Assembly: GCA_021613535.1 (NCBI GenBank)
Contig: CP075493.1
Coordinates: 10,788,001-10,852,000, forward strand
From: Adineta vaga
Taxonomy: Eukaryota > Animalia > Rotifera
DNA: 64,000 nucleotides
Direction: 5' to 3'
Below are positions 42,801-54,671 of this stretch, piece after piece (the stretch's first letter is position 1; each line of letters starts with the position of its first letter). A model generated the notes under the pieces. That model worked only from the letters and a program-made list of their open reading frames with translations, was not told where the DNA came from and made no database searches. A program made the translations under genes and the position numbers.

Positions 42801-43222
42801 ATTAATTTGACGAGTCAATAAATGATCATTATTAAGTGATTGAATCTTAATTTTCAAACCAGTAACAATTCGATCATAGAGATGATAAGTATTAGGCAGA
42901 GTGCGCATTACTATCAAAGGTTTTCCATTGAGTTGAAAAGGTCGACTTTTCATATATTCATCTACCGTCTTCTGTGAATCTATTTTGACGTAAATGCGTT
43001 GATATTCGTTACCGTTTTTACCTAAAAAAGAAATCATATTTCTTTTATAGTATATATATAATTATTGAAGGAAAACATACTATAGATAATTCCTCGTTTG
43101 ATTCGCCACTGACTAACGTGATAATATTTATTCATTAATGCTGCCAAAATGGATTTGTCCGACGTATTTATATCAACGTCGTGGAAAGTCAAACCACATG
43201 AAGTATACTCTGAACCAGCCAT
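39847..43222 (-). CDS. Multi-RRM + CCCH zinc finger + protein-kinase-like (probable pseudokinase) protein, about 7 exons
   Basis: RRM-like units (INENDLRKHFQKYGTI; IHVTNLPVRVTSAELSDIF; LKLSNLPSDITDEDL); CTNFQKGQC...CHFKH; kinase fold VIAKVY, RERIAL, IHRDIQPKNILV, LINFASA. Confidence 0.78.
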
Positions 43223-43852
43223 GTTTATGGTAAAGTTTTGACAACTAACAAGACGCTAATTAAGTTTATAATGAAGACGTACAAACTGGAAACAAAAGTC
43301 TTGATAAGAGCAGAGGAATAAATTGAAAAATAACTACTTGTCTTATAAAGACAAACGCATTGGTAAAAAAACCCACTTTATTGTTTTTCTTTTTGTTTTC
43401 TTTTTTTTTCCCATTCAAACACATTTCAGCGATATGGTGCACTTCAAAGATTGCATGATGTGTATGTAAAGACATATTCCTTATCTTATCGCCTGTCAAT
43501 ACTGAGACGTAGCAGATCTTTCCGAGAAAACTTATCAGAAAATTGGGTATCGTCGAAAATTTGATTTAATGTTAATTTAATCGTATATAGTAAGTGTTTG
43601 CACATGCGGAAAAGATTGATCGGTGGATTGATATAATACAAAGAATACTCTACAGTAATTATACAAGTACATTATGACGGTTTGCGCTATTTTAGCATTG
43701 TTGTTGAGCAAAGTTACCTTGATACATCGAATAATTCTAAAAATTAGATGTCTTTCCATATATAAACAGTCATTAACATACTCGACAGAGTTGATTTACG
43801 AAACTGTGATCACTTTTTTATTACGCAAGACAAGTATTGAGCTTATTTAATG

Positions 43853-43918
43853 AGTGGTGTCACATATCCCGCTGGAGATGAGGGTGCATCGCCGATCAGC
43901 GGGATATGTGACACTGCT
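43853..43918 (+). repeat. Isolated GC-rich hairpin (18-bp perfect inverted repeat, 22 bp with G-U pairs)
   Basis: GTGTCACATATCCCGCTG (43857-43874) and CAGCGGGATATGTGACAC (43897-43914). Confidence 0.9.
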
Positions 43919-44100
43919 GTTGTTTTCTGAAATTCTCATGAAAAGTTCATTCATATTTTAATCAAGAAATGTTCATTTTATGAAGACAAAGACGTAAGCA
44001 GAAATCTATCTCAAATATTATTAAAATACAGTTTCATTCAACATTCTGTTTTCAATCAGACATTTTGATTTTGATACTTTAAGCAACATATAAGTAAATA

Positions 44101-44678
44101 GTAAATCCCCCTGCGTATTAGAAGACCCGGGATCTTCTATTATGGGGGGAGGGGGTCGTCTAATATGAGTTCGTCTCTCTAAACAATATAAAATTACAGT
44201 TACATGTTATAAAGACTTCATTAAATTAGTTCATGATAAGTAAATTCCTGTAAGTATATCTGTCCTCTTATTTTATTCTAATCGAAAATTTATTGTTGTT
44301 CTGCATAGATAAGCCGTTTGTCAGGTCGTGCAGTTCCACGTACTGAACGTGTATATTTATATAAATATATGAAGAGTTCTTTATTGGAAAATAATGAGAT
44401 AAATAGATTGGGAAGAAAGAGAGAGAAGAGAAGCGTACAATATATGTATATGTAAAAGTCCTTATGATCATGTAGGAATGTACCATACTACATCACACCG
44501 TTAATCTTCGTTATATTCTTTACTAAACTTGATTTTCTGATAGAAACAATTCAATATCGATTGGTAGAGAAAAGTTGAGAAAATTTAGAAGAAAAGCCTT
44601 TACAATACAAGACGCGGGTCTTCTGAAATGAATTTCGTGTCTTTCTTCAAAGGGGGTCTTCTATTATAGGGGGTTTAT
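44101..44678. mobile_element. Degenerate MITE-like element (non-autonomous DNA transposon)
   Basis: Imperfect TIRs TAAATCCCCCTGCGTATTAGAAGACCC and GGGTCTTCTATTATAGGGGGTTTA; repeated subterminal GGGTCTTCT-like motifs; no credible coding content. Confidence 0.55.
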
Positions 44679-45272
44679 TTGAATAGAGTACAAGCTGATT
44701 TTCAACACTCAAGTAGTTCATATTGTCTTTTTTTCCTAGAGATAAGAACAAAAAACGCATGTTCATCTTCTCAAACTTCTGATCATTGTCGTTGCTCTTG
44801 CTGTCGATGTTCTAAATGGAACAAAATGCTAATATATGATGCATTGCATTTCTTCGCTTACCTGTTAACAAGCCTTGTAATTGTCCATATTTTAATATCC
44901 GCTCCTGGCACTAGAATACAACAAATCGATCGGCATTTTTATTATGCTATTTTCAGTGTATTGAATTTATTTCCATCAATTATTGTACGAACCTTATTCA
45001 TGAAATGCAGATTGATATTGTACACTGTAACAGCAGTAGAATCTGGCTTTTGGACTTGTGCCACCATTGCCGATGATAAATCATTCAATTCCATGCCAAC
45101 AGCATCAATCTGTTAGACCAAAAGTTCAATCTAAACATGAAAACAAAAAATAGAATCATGAGATAAATAATAGCAGATATATCATGTACTAAAACAGAAA
45201 AATTCAACAAAAATTCTCAATATCAACTGGCATTTGTCGTTCAATATTCATGGAGATTCTTACTGGATCGAT

Positions 45273-45620
45273 GGCAAGGAGGAAAAAGCGATACTCCAAA
45301 AAAATATTTTGGAGTAAGACTGGAGTGGAGTGGAGTGGCGTTGGAGTAGATTGAAGTATGGCTGGAGTAGAGTTGGAGTAGATCGGAGTGCGACTGGAGT
45401 AGATTAGAGTAGGTTGGAGTAGACTGGAGTAGCGTTGGAGTAAGACTGTACTGTGGTGACATGCTGGAGCTCATACTCCACCAATACTTTGTTGGAAAGA
45501 AAAATTTATTGAAGTATTAGTCGAGTAGGGGTGCGAAGTATCGCTGGAGTAATTTGGAGTACGAGTGGAGTAGACCCGAGTGAGCTGGAGTATTGGAGTA
45601 TCGCTTTTCCCCCCTTGACC
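45273..45620. mobile_element. MITE-like element with about 27-bp TIRs and an internal TGGAGT repeat array
   Basis: GGCAAGGAGGAAAAAGCGATACTCCAA versus TTGGAGTATCGCTTTTCCCCCCTTGACC; internal roughly 10-nt-period GGAGTAGAY/GGAGT repeats at 45310-45440 and 45540-45600. Confidence 0.75.
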
Positions 45621-46671
45621 TATACTCTTACGTTTTGTTGTAGTAGCAGTTATCAAAATTACTTTATAAAATTAGTTAATGTATAAAGCATTCTTGCACG
45701 AGTGTTGTTGATGAAGACAACTAAATCGTACATTTTCCCATAAGAGTTCTTTTGTAATAATATGAATATAGGATATCGAGATTTTCTAAATGATATATCA
45801 CTCATGTTCATCGAGTAGCTGCCTAATTCGACTTCGAATATAAATAATGATTTTGTAAAAGCGTTTATAGACATAGTTGTTGGTAGATCAAGATTTAGCT
45901 TTTGTTTTCAGTAAATAAAATTCATGAATAGAGATATATATATATATGTGTATATTTTTGTATTGTATTGAATATCAACTGAAATAAAACTATTCCTACC
46001 TATTCCTATTTTTACAGAAATATACTCTACGTGAGTTATAATTACCTATAGATAGAAGAAAAAGTATTCCTGTTTTATAGAAATAGAAACAATCTAGTTC
46101 AAGTTTTGTCATTTATTTTCGAAGTGATATTATTTAGCTAAATGTGCATTTCTATTATAATTCGAACTAGGCAACTCATGTATTCATCTTTCACTGGTCG
46201 CTAAGTTACTATTAAACTATCCTACAAATATCTTTTATTTTTAACGAAAGGTTTAAATCAAAAATAAATTATTAATATGTACTGATATTTATAATAATGA
46301 AAGAAAAAAGAATTATGTGCAAAGTCATGTTAGACATATTAGAAATGTTTTAACTAAATTTCACGATGTATATAGTGTGACGCCAGAGCGCCTAACAGTT
46401 CCCTAATATGCTTCGGACCATGCGTTTCAATTCTTTTAATTTTACTTATTTCAAGTGATATCTTATAGAGATTGTGCAATAACAAATGCATGATAGGATC
46501 GTGTGGACGTCGTCTACCATTAATTTAATTGTATTCTATTAAAACAATTGTCTTATTTCATCTTCAAATCAAACAATAAATTATCATGAATACGAAGAAA
46601 CTTGACTGTATAATAATCATTTATTACGATTGGTTCAGAACTACAGATATTTTATCTACGAGAAGAACTGT

Positions 46672-49019
46672 TCAGTTATAAGCAGTGATTGTTTCTTTGC
46701 TATGCATTTGAACAAAACGAATTAATTTCAATGATAAATAATTCGTATAATTCAAATTGTTGGCAACAATTATATGGGCACATCGACATTTGAGTGACAG
46801 TTTTCGATTTGCCCGTAGAAGCTCTTTAATCTCTAAATCAGATAATAACTCTTCTGGTCGAAGACCGCGAAAATCGATACAATCTAAATGAGCGTTGGCA
46901 TCCAGAAGAATTCTGACAATCAATTTTGCATCATCATGATTCCAATATTCGACAACCGAATGTAACGACGTCGCTTTGTTAACTGTAGTAGTGCCATTGA
47001 CATCTGCTCCAGCATGAATCAATAAATGAATAATTGATAAAGTTGATATACTAAAACAGATCTATATGCTAGGAAATGTTTTCAATATTGAATATATTTA
47101 CCTATTAGTCAAACACTTGTATTCTTTTATACCGCACACGAATCTTCTTGTAAAGTAGTTCAGAAGAGGATATTGATTTTCTATAATAATTTTCGAACGC
47201 ACAGCTCGTTGTATAAGACCAAATAGAACGCATTGTTCCTTACGATTCATTTTTTTCGATTCTATTGACTGTAAAGAGATATAGAAATCATCAAGCTAGT
47301 AGTCTGTTCGTACTGATTAAACAAAAATCGAAACTTACATAAATAATCATAAAGAACAACTTGAAGAATAGCTGGATTAATGAATTATCTATCCTATTCA
47401 GTATCCATTGCCAGACGAGCTCTAAAGAATGGACAGGTACACAGCCTTTCATTTTCAGGATTTTGTATAAAATATTCACCACTTCACCAAGATGGTCTTT
47501 ATGGAATTTCGAATAGCGTCGATTCTTGTTTTCATTTTTTAGTAAGATCTCAAAGACATGTGTGCGTATTTGGAGACAACGTTCATAGTTTTTTTGCCAT
47601 CGGTAGAAATTACTTTGTTTTATCAAAAGTGACAGAAAATGGTTCATTTCATCATTTCTAAGTAAAAGTCGTTCACTGACCACTAATGCATACATTCGAA
47701 GTTTATTATTATCTTCTCGAATTGCAATAAGTTCATCGAGTGTTTCACATTCTCGAACAAACTCATAAGCTTCACATGGTGTACTGCTACACGGAGGTTT
47801 TCTTCTGCTCAATGCTCTTTCCAAATGACTGTAAGCCACAGCATATTTTTTTGCATTACCATCAATGATATAGTGGCAAGCTAGAAGAACCATTTCATCT
47901 AGAACTTGTTGTTCAGGTAAGATGCTTGTAAGCATATCTCTAACTATTGTGTTGTTACAATCAACTGATAACATCAAAGGTGTATAACCTGTTTGACTCA
48001 TAATGAAACGTTTACATTGATGATCAATAAGAAGTTTTGCTATGTCGATATGTCGTTTATGTATTGCATAATCGAGAGGAGTTCTTTTCTTGTAATCAAG
48101 TACAAATGGATCAGCGCCATGTTGAAGAAGTATCTCGACGATATCGAAGTAATTTCGACGAGTGGCAGCATGTAATGCTCTTTCGTTATAATTCTTTGCG
48201 GATCGATTAGGATCACATCCTTTCGTCAGAAGATAATCAACAATGTGTTTGTGACCATTTTGAGCAGCTACAATCAATACTCCACACTTATTAACATTTG
48301 CATGTCCACGTTCAATAAGTTGTCGAACGAGATCAAGGTCTCCTTTTTGAGATGCATACCAGAGAGCTGTTCTTCCATTAGAACAAACATGATCAATAAT
48401 GGTTGAATAGATATAACCATGAAAGATACTGTCTAATACAACTTGAATACATTCTGGATCTCCACGAACGATAATATCAGTCAGCATCGTATGCACGGAA
48501 GGCGTTCTTCTTCGCGGAAACCGTTTCAATTGTTTTTTATATTGACTCGAATTGAGTTTGAGCTCTTTAAAAAGTGAAGCGAGAATATACGGATCACTTT
48601 TATCAATAGCGGTTCGTATTGTTAATTCTCCCGATGGTTTTGGATAACGATTGTTACGGTAATAAACTAATCTATTCTCAACATCTACTGTATCCAAATC
48701 GCTTACATCTAAGTCTTCGTCATATAAATCTGAAAATTCAGAAGTATTTTTGAGAGTAGTTAATTCTTGTCGCTTCCATGATCGAGCAGATGATCGAGTG
48801 CGTTCAGGCAAATCTTCGATATATCAAAGAGAGAGAGAGAAATAAAAAGTATGCAGAAGTTAATTTATAAAGTGCAGAAATATATGATATACTTGATGTA
48901 TGATGAGATGAAGTTTGCTTTCCTCTGTTTCTTGTTCGAGCAGCAAGTCTGCGACGTTGGTGTCGCTGTATACCGTTGCGTTGATCAGGTGTTTCGAAAA
49001 CTTCTCGTTTATTAGACAT
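46672..49019 (-). CDS. FEM-1-like ankyrin-repeat protein (candidate cullin E3 substrate adaptor), about 4 exons
   Basis: Ankyrins GRTALWYASQKG, ALHAATRRN, TPLDYAI, GYTPLMLS; FEM-1-type PCEAYEFVRECETLDEL...ALVVSERLL; C-terminal box LSLKCRCAHII...LIRFVQMH. Confidence 0.85.
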
Positions 49020-49972
49020 ATCTTAAAAAAAATCTACAATTTAACTCAAATAATGAATATTTGTTGACAGATGAAGTTTAGTGGATTTCTTTTTACATTA
49101 AATAAACGTTTTTACTCAGGAACAATAAATTAAGAAACAATCGCCTTTATATAAATATACTTACTGGCAAGAGTCGTTGAATATTGTATGAATTGCATCA
49201 CATTTTTAGCAAGATAAAAATTTCGCATGAGTCATATTGGTTGTGCAAGAACCCATGTGACATACTATATAAGACCATAGAAAAAAACCTTTTTTTCAAA
49301 ACAAAGGAAAACTAGAAAAGTTCTATCATTTCTGTTGGGTTAAACATATGCATATTGTGCCAAAAGTTAATCTCATCGATATGATAAACATCAAAACTGT
49401 TGAAAAAATAGCAATCGTTTTTGTATTATATTTTGAAAATTATTGGTTTGAATATTATGAGAAAGATATTATAGCGTTATAAAGAATAAATATTCATTCT
49501 TATTGTGCTTCTATGTATTTACAAGAATGTAAAAGATAAGTGGCAATCTTTCACGAAATAGTGTAAACATAATGTATAAATAACATCAGGATAAGAAATA
49601 GTACATGATACTTTTTATTTTTTCCCGATATGATGCAAAAGATAGTGTTGTTTTTTCAATAGTTGATGTTTATTATATCATTCAAATTAACTTTAGCAGG
49701 GCATTTATAAGAATAGCCTATTCAAAGAGTATGTTCATATATTTCACAAGTTCTTATTTTCACATTTTATGCTCTGATATTCAGTACAATCAGTGACGTT
49801 TAATATACATAATATAGATAAAAGAATTTGCTTAATAACATTACTTTAATTAATGTCGATAGTTAGGAAATATCATGCACAGCAGATGCAAACTGAATAA
49901 ATTTGTTCAAGTTTTATCATCAGTTTTAATAGGAACCTACATTAACTTTCGATTTTATAGACACAAAAAAAT

Positions 49973-51217
49973 TTGTTCGAGATACACCAGTTATTTTTTA
50001 TCGTACTGTTATATTGTATTTCTGTTACACCACAAATCAATCTTTATTTCACAAATCCGATAAATAAATCAAACAAAAATCTTGATGGTTTACAACATCA
50101 TTGTCTGTATGTTTCGATTGAACTAAAACTTGTAATGAACATATTCATTGCCACAATGATGGAGTCGATGAAGAACATTGTGAGCAGCTTGAAATCAATA
50201 AATGTTATGATAAAAAAATGTGTTGATCCATTATTTATGTGATCTTGTATGTATCCACGAGTATCATCTATAATGCAATCATTATTTTCAAGCATAGATG
50301 AAGATATATCAGATAATTGTTAGTCAACAGTCAAATGTGGTTCAAAGATACCCAAGTCCAATTATGAACATCTTTGCCCAAATATTATTCACATACCATC
50401 CACTCCGATCCTTTGTGATCAAATGCAATTTGCTTACATATGCTTCAATAGTTGTCTTGAGTATTATTTTCCTGACAATTTCAAAATATCTTTGCATGAT
50501 TTTACTTGTTGTCTGTATATAGTCTATTGTATATAGAGAATGTTCCTACATTTCTACATTCTACTGCAATACACATGTCTTATAATTTCAAAATATTCTA
50601 GTATAAACAATTTGAAAATGTATTGTTTAGCATTTGTAACAGATCAGATGATTATCAGTATAGATATTCATCCAAATGTATATCTATCCATTGTCTAACA
50701 GATACTAATACAGACTATTCTTTCTCTTATAAGAAGTCTATCATGCTTAGCAAATGTGTGATATGCAGAAGGATTCAAAACCAATAAGTATCGAAGGACA
50801 AAATGAAATTGAATGTGAATAATGACCATGTTTCCGGCAAATTTTTCTTCGAATGAACGTGTCTGCGTGCCATCCTATCAAACAACGTATGTGTCTACCT
50901 CTTGAAAAAGTAAACAATGGAAATATTGATTGTATAAGCGTTTTTGATGGATGGAGTACATGTGATAGAATCAATTTTCTTATCGTGAAACGATATTCTT
51001 TTATAGTGAAAGTGGTCATTCACTAGTATGTCTCATGCCAATCGAAATTTGTAATAATTTTTATAATTGTATTAAAGGAGATGATGAATTCTTCTGTGAA
51101 GAAAGTGATGTTGCTACATTAGGAATGATAATTGGATTTTCCGGAACTCCTTATATATCGAATTCCCATAGCAGGGTTTTTTGTATTTTCAATCTATTCC
51201 ATATAGTGCTACGTTGA
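49973..51217 (+). pseudogene. Decayed relic of a Cys-rich LDLa-repeat receptor-type gene
   Basis: Signal-like FIVLLYCISVTPQINLYFT; LDLa-like remnants (LPLEKVNNGNIDC; ICNNFYNCIKGDDEFFCE) scattered across frames with many stops. Confidence 0.5.
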
Positions 51218-51437
51218 AGTTGATTATTGATTCTTCTAATAAATGGTATGATAAATAAAAGAACAAAAACTGGGGTTTAGTTTACACTATTAATAATATA
51301 AGTAAATTATTGCCGTTGAGCTATACTGAATACTAGAACTTCATATTTGTTGCTACTGAATATAATAGCTATTATATATCGTTTAGTCAATTAAGTTTTA
51401 CTTTATTCAAAGTTCTACGTCTTAGCAAATTATTTAT

Positions 51438-52479
51438 TTAATTAAAAGAAATGAGAAAAAATAGTTGTATAATTAGAACGAATGCAATATATATCTTGCA
51501 GAAGTTTTTAGTGGCAGTAGAGTATGTTTCACCTACTGCTTCAATAAATCCATCGCTAATAATTGATCGAAGCCAATCACGATAGGCAGAAACGCGAGTA
51601 TAAACACCGGAATAACGAGGATCAGCGCAACCCATACCAAAACTAGTAATACCAGCCAATATCCAACGCTGTTGTTTTGGTTCATAGCGCATCAGTGGAC
51701 CTCCGGAATCACCCTGACATGTATCTAAATTAAAAGTTGGAAGTCAAATTTAATATATTTCGTAGTTCTATTATTTTACCTTTACCACCACCATCTACAC
51801 CAGCACAAAACTGTGTATTCGAATTCGTGATAAATTCTGTACATCTTTCATCGTGAACCGATATTGCCTTAACTGTCACTTGTTGCAAATGAAGATCATC
51901 TGGTATTGGTTCATTACCATGCTTCAATCGACCCCATCCAATTGCTACAAGCGATGCTGAATCACCAGGATAAGTAGTACATTCTTACTTACTGATTCTA
52001 TACGAGGAATACACAGACGAGCAAGAAGACTTTCACTAGAAATATCAAGTGATTCGTTTAGTCGAAGCACCGCAATATCATGTAGCTGCGATGATTTGTT
52101 ATATTCTGGATGACTATACACCCTATTGATTGAACGTTGCTGGACTCCTGCGTTATCAGTCGGACAATCGATTTATTCCAGTAACTATCTTTGTTACTTC
52201 CGTGAAATCTATATTGGTGACACAATGAGCAGCTGTGATTATGTGCAGTGGTGAGACAATTGTTCCAGTGCAAAAATGACCTCCAAATAAAAATTGCAAT
52301 GATACAGCCCATCCCCAACTGTATGGAAATGCATCTTCACCACCTACTATTTTAGATATGTGAACGTTGGTTTTTGAACATCCACAGTCAACGGTTTGAT
52401 TACATCTGTGGATGATCGATGAGCTCAAATGTACGTTATATACGACGAGAACTAGCAATAAAGTTTTCCTGTATCCCAT
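51438..52479 (-). CDS. Trypsin-like S1 serine protease with hydrophobic C-terminal tail; disrupted by two frameshifts (possible pseudogene)
   Basis: Signal peptide; K/IVGG; ITAAHC; HDIAVLRL; AIGWG; KDTCQGDSGGPL; GVYTRVS; frame breaks near 52160 and 51990. Confidence 0.85.
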
Positions 52480-53231
52480 CAAGAATGCAGAAGTGTTATT
52501 GTTATTAATACTTCCAGTTTCTCTGATACCCACTTTGTATTTATATATAATTCATTCGGAGAGCTTAAAAAAATATTTGCAAATATCGTTTTCTTCTTTT
52601 CGACTAGCTCTTATGTACAATCCAGTGTATTAAACATATTCAAAACAGGTCACGATGCGTTTTAATCTTTGTTAGAAAATATTTTTTCTTTCAAACAAAT
52701 ATATGAAAAACAACACTGAGTAAACTCAACAGAAATCAGATACGTCCAATGCATTAAATGTTGTAATACATACGACAACAGAAAATCATGAACTCAAATA
52801 CGTGATATATTTGTTGATATATTACTCTCACATATCCCAAGAAAGATTCTGCTGTGAAAATCTTAGAATATGTTGACGATTGGATATAAGTACATTCGTA
52901 TTCACAAGGTTAAATTTCAAGTAGGATTCTTTCTTTGTTCTGTCTCTTAGCTTATAGATTTATGAGAAAAAAGACAAATAGAAAAAGAACAGAAAAAGAA
53001 AAAACATGACGCATCTGAAATTGCACAACTCAATCGTCATTATTTCTTTCCATTCTGTATTTTGAAGATGGCTGAACAAGTTTTGCACGATTACCTCCTT
53101 GTTGATGATTTCTTTCTATATTCTTTCGTGTTCTTTCACACCCGCTAGTATATAAACAGATGTGAAATATGATCTAGCACAATAGACATCAATCGTGAAG
53201 GTAAGGATAAGGTGCTCATATTAACTTTACT

Positions 53232-54433
53232 ATGTCAAAAAAACGTCAGCGAAAACCTGTGCCATTTGCTCGTGGTTTTAAAGTGCCAGCGCAATCCGAT
53301 ATTCATAAGGCCTTAGGCGCATTTGATAATACTACACTCAGTGGAGTTTTTGATGAAAGATTTTATGAAACATTCGATGGTTTATCTTCTCCAAAGAAAC
53401 CATGGGATTGGCTTGCACAATATACTGAACGAGGACAAACATATGCAGAACATCTTCAACTCTCTCGAACTCTTCATACACCAGCTTCTTCACATCGAAA
53501 CTCAATTTATCTTACAATACTCGGCGAAGTTAATTCAACAATATTCGATATTGATAGTTTAGTTGATTATACGCAACGTTATTTTCAAATACCAGTTAAA
53601 TTGATTCATCCATTTACTAATTTTCAATTTGATGATAAAACACATGAATGGTCATGTCAAAATACTGGTGATAAAATTCGTACTATCAATCTGTATACAC
53701 GATACGATGACAAATCAAAGCATTCGCAAATACATGTTTCTAGTATTTTGAACGCTTTGACAAAAGTTGTACCAAATGATGCACGATGTCTTGTTGCCTT
53801 GACAATGTGTGATCTTTATAGTGATGATACTGATCTATTTATTGCTGGTTTAGCTCGAGGAAATAATCGTGTTGCCGTTTTTTCTCTCTATCGTTATGAT
53901 CCATACTTATCATTTAATGAATCTGATTGGTTTAGTTGTAAGATAAAAATAGGTTCAAAATCAAAGAGTGCAGTTGAAAAACGACGAAATTTATTATTGC
54001 TAAGAGCTTGTCGATTGTTGACACATGAAATTTGTCATCTATTTGGAATTGCTCATTGTATTTATTATTCTTGTCTTATGAATGGAAGTGGACATTTAGG
54101 TAAGTACATTATATATTCTCGTTAAAAAACACATGCCAATCATCTTCATGTATAGATGAAGATTTCAGTCAACCATTATTTGAATGTCCAATTGATTTAC
54201 GAAAACTTCATACATTGATCGAATTCAATATTCACGAAAGATACGAACAATTGCTTGAATTTTTCAAAACACATAATTTTGATAATGAAATGAGAATTCT
54301 TCAAATCAAACTCAATGTTATAAATCATTCAATCGATTCCGATACTTCTTCTACAAAGAGAAAACGTGGTCGTCATATCAATACGGACGAGATTGATGAA
54401 TCACATTCATCAATAAAACATACAAAATGTTAA
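53232..54433 (+). CDS. AMZ2: Archaemetzincin (peptidase M54), 2 exons
   Basis: DWLAQYTERGQTY; HEICHLFGIAHCIYYSCLMNGS; CPIDLRKL. Confidence 0.9.
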
Positions 54434-54671
54434 TATTTTCATATCGTATAGACATATTTATTTGTTATGAAATAAAGATGTACTAATAACAGCATAATTC
54501 ATTGAAGACTAAAAGTCTGGTCTAAAATCTGTAAAACAAATTGTTCATTCATATTCCAATAATGTATATGAACCTTGTCACTACGAACTATGGTGTGTCG
54601 ATCTTTGAACAAGAATCGAATTTATAAGTGCTTACAATGAATACGAATTTTTATTAAAAGAATTTAAAAAA

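Noticed and set aside
45241-45656. ORFs 45241-45474 and 45471-45656, or a CRISPR/telomeric array
   Set aside because: The ORFs are translations of the GGAGT repeat. There are no unique spacers, and the array is degenerate and bounded by TIRs.
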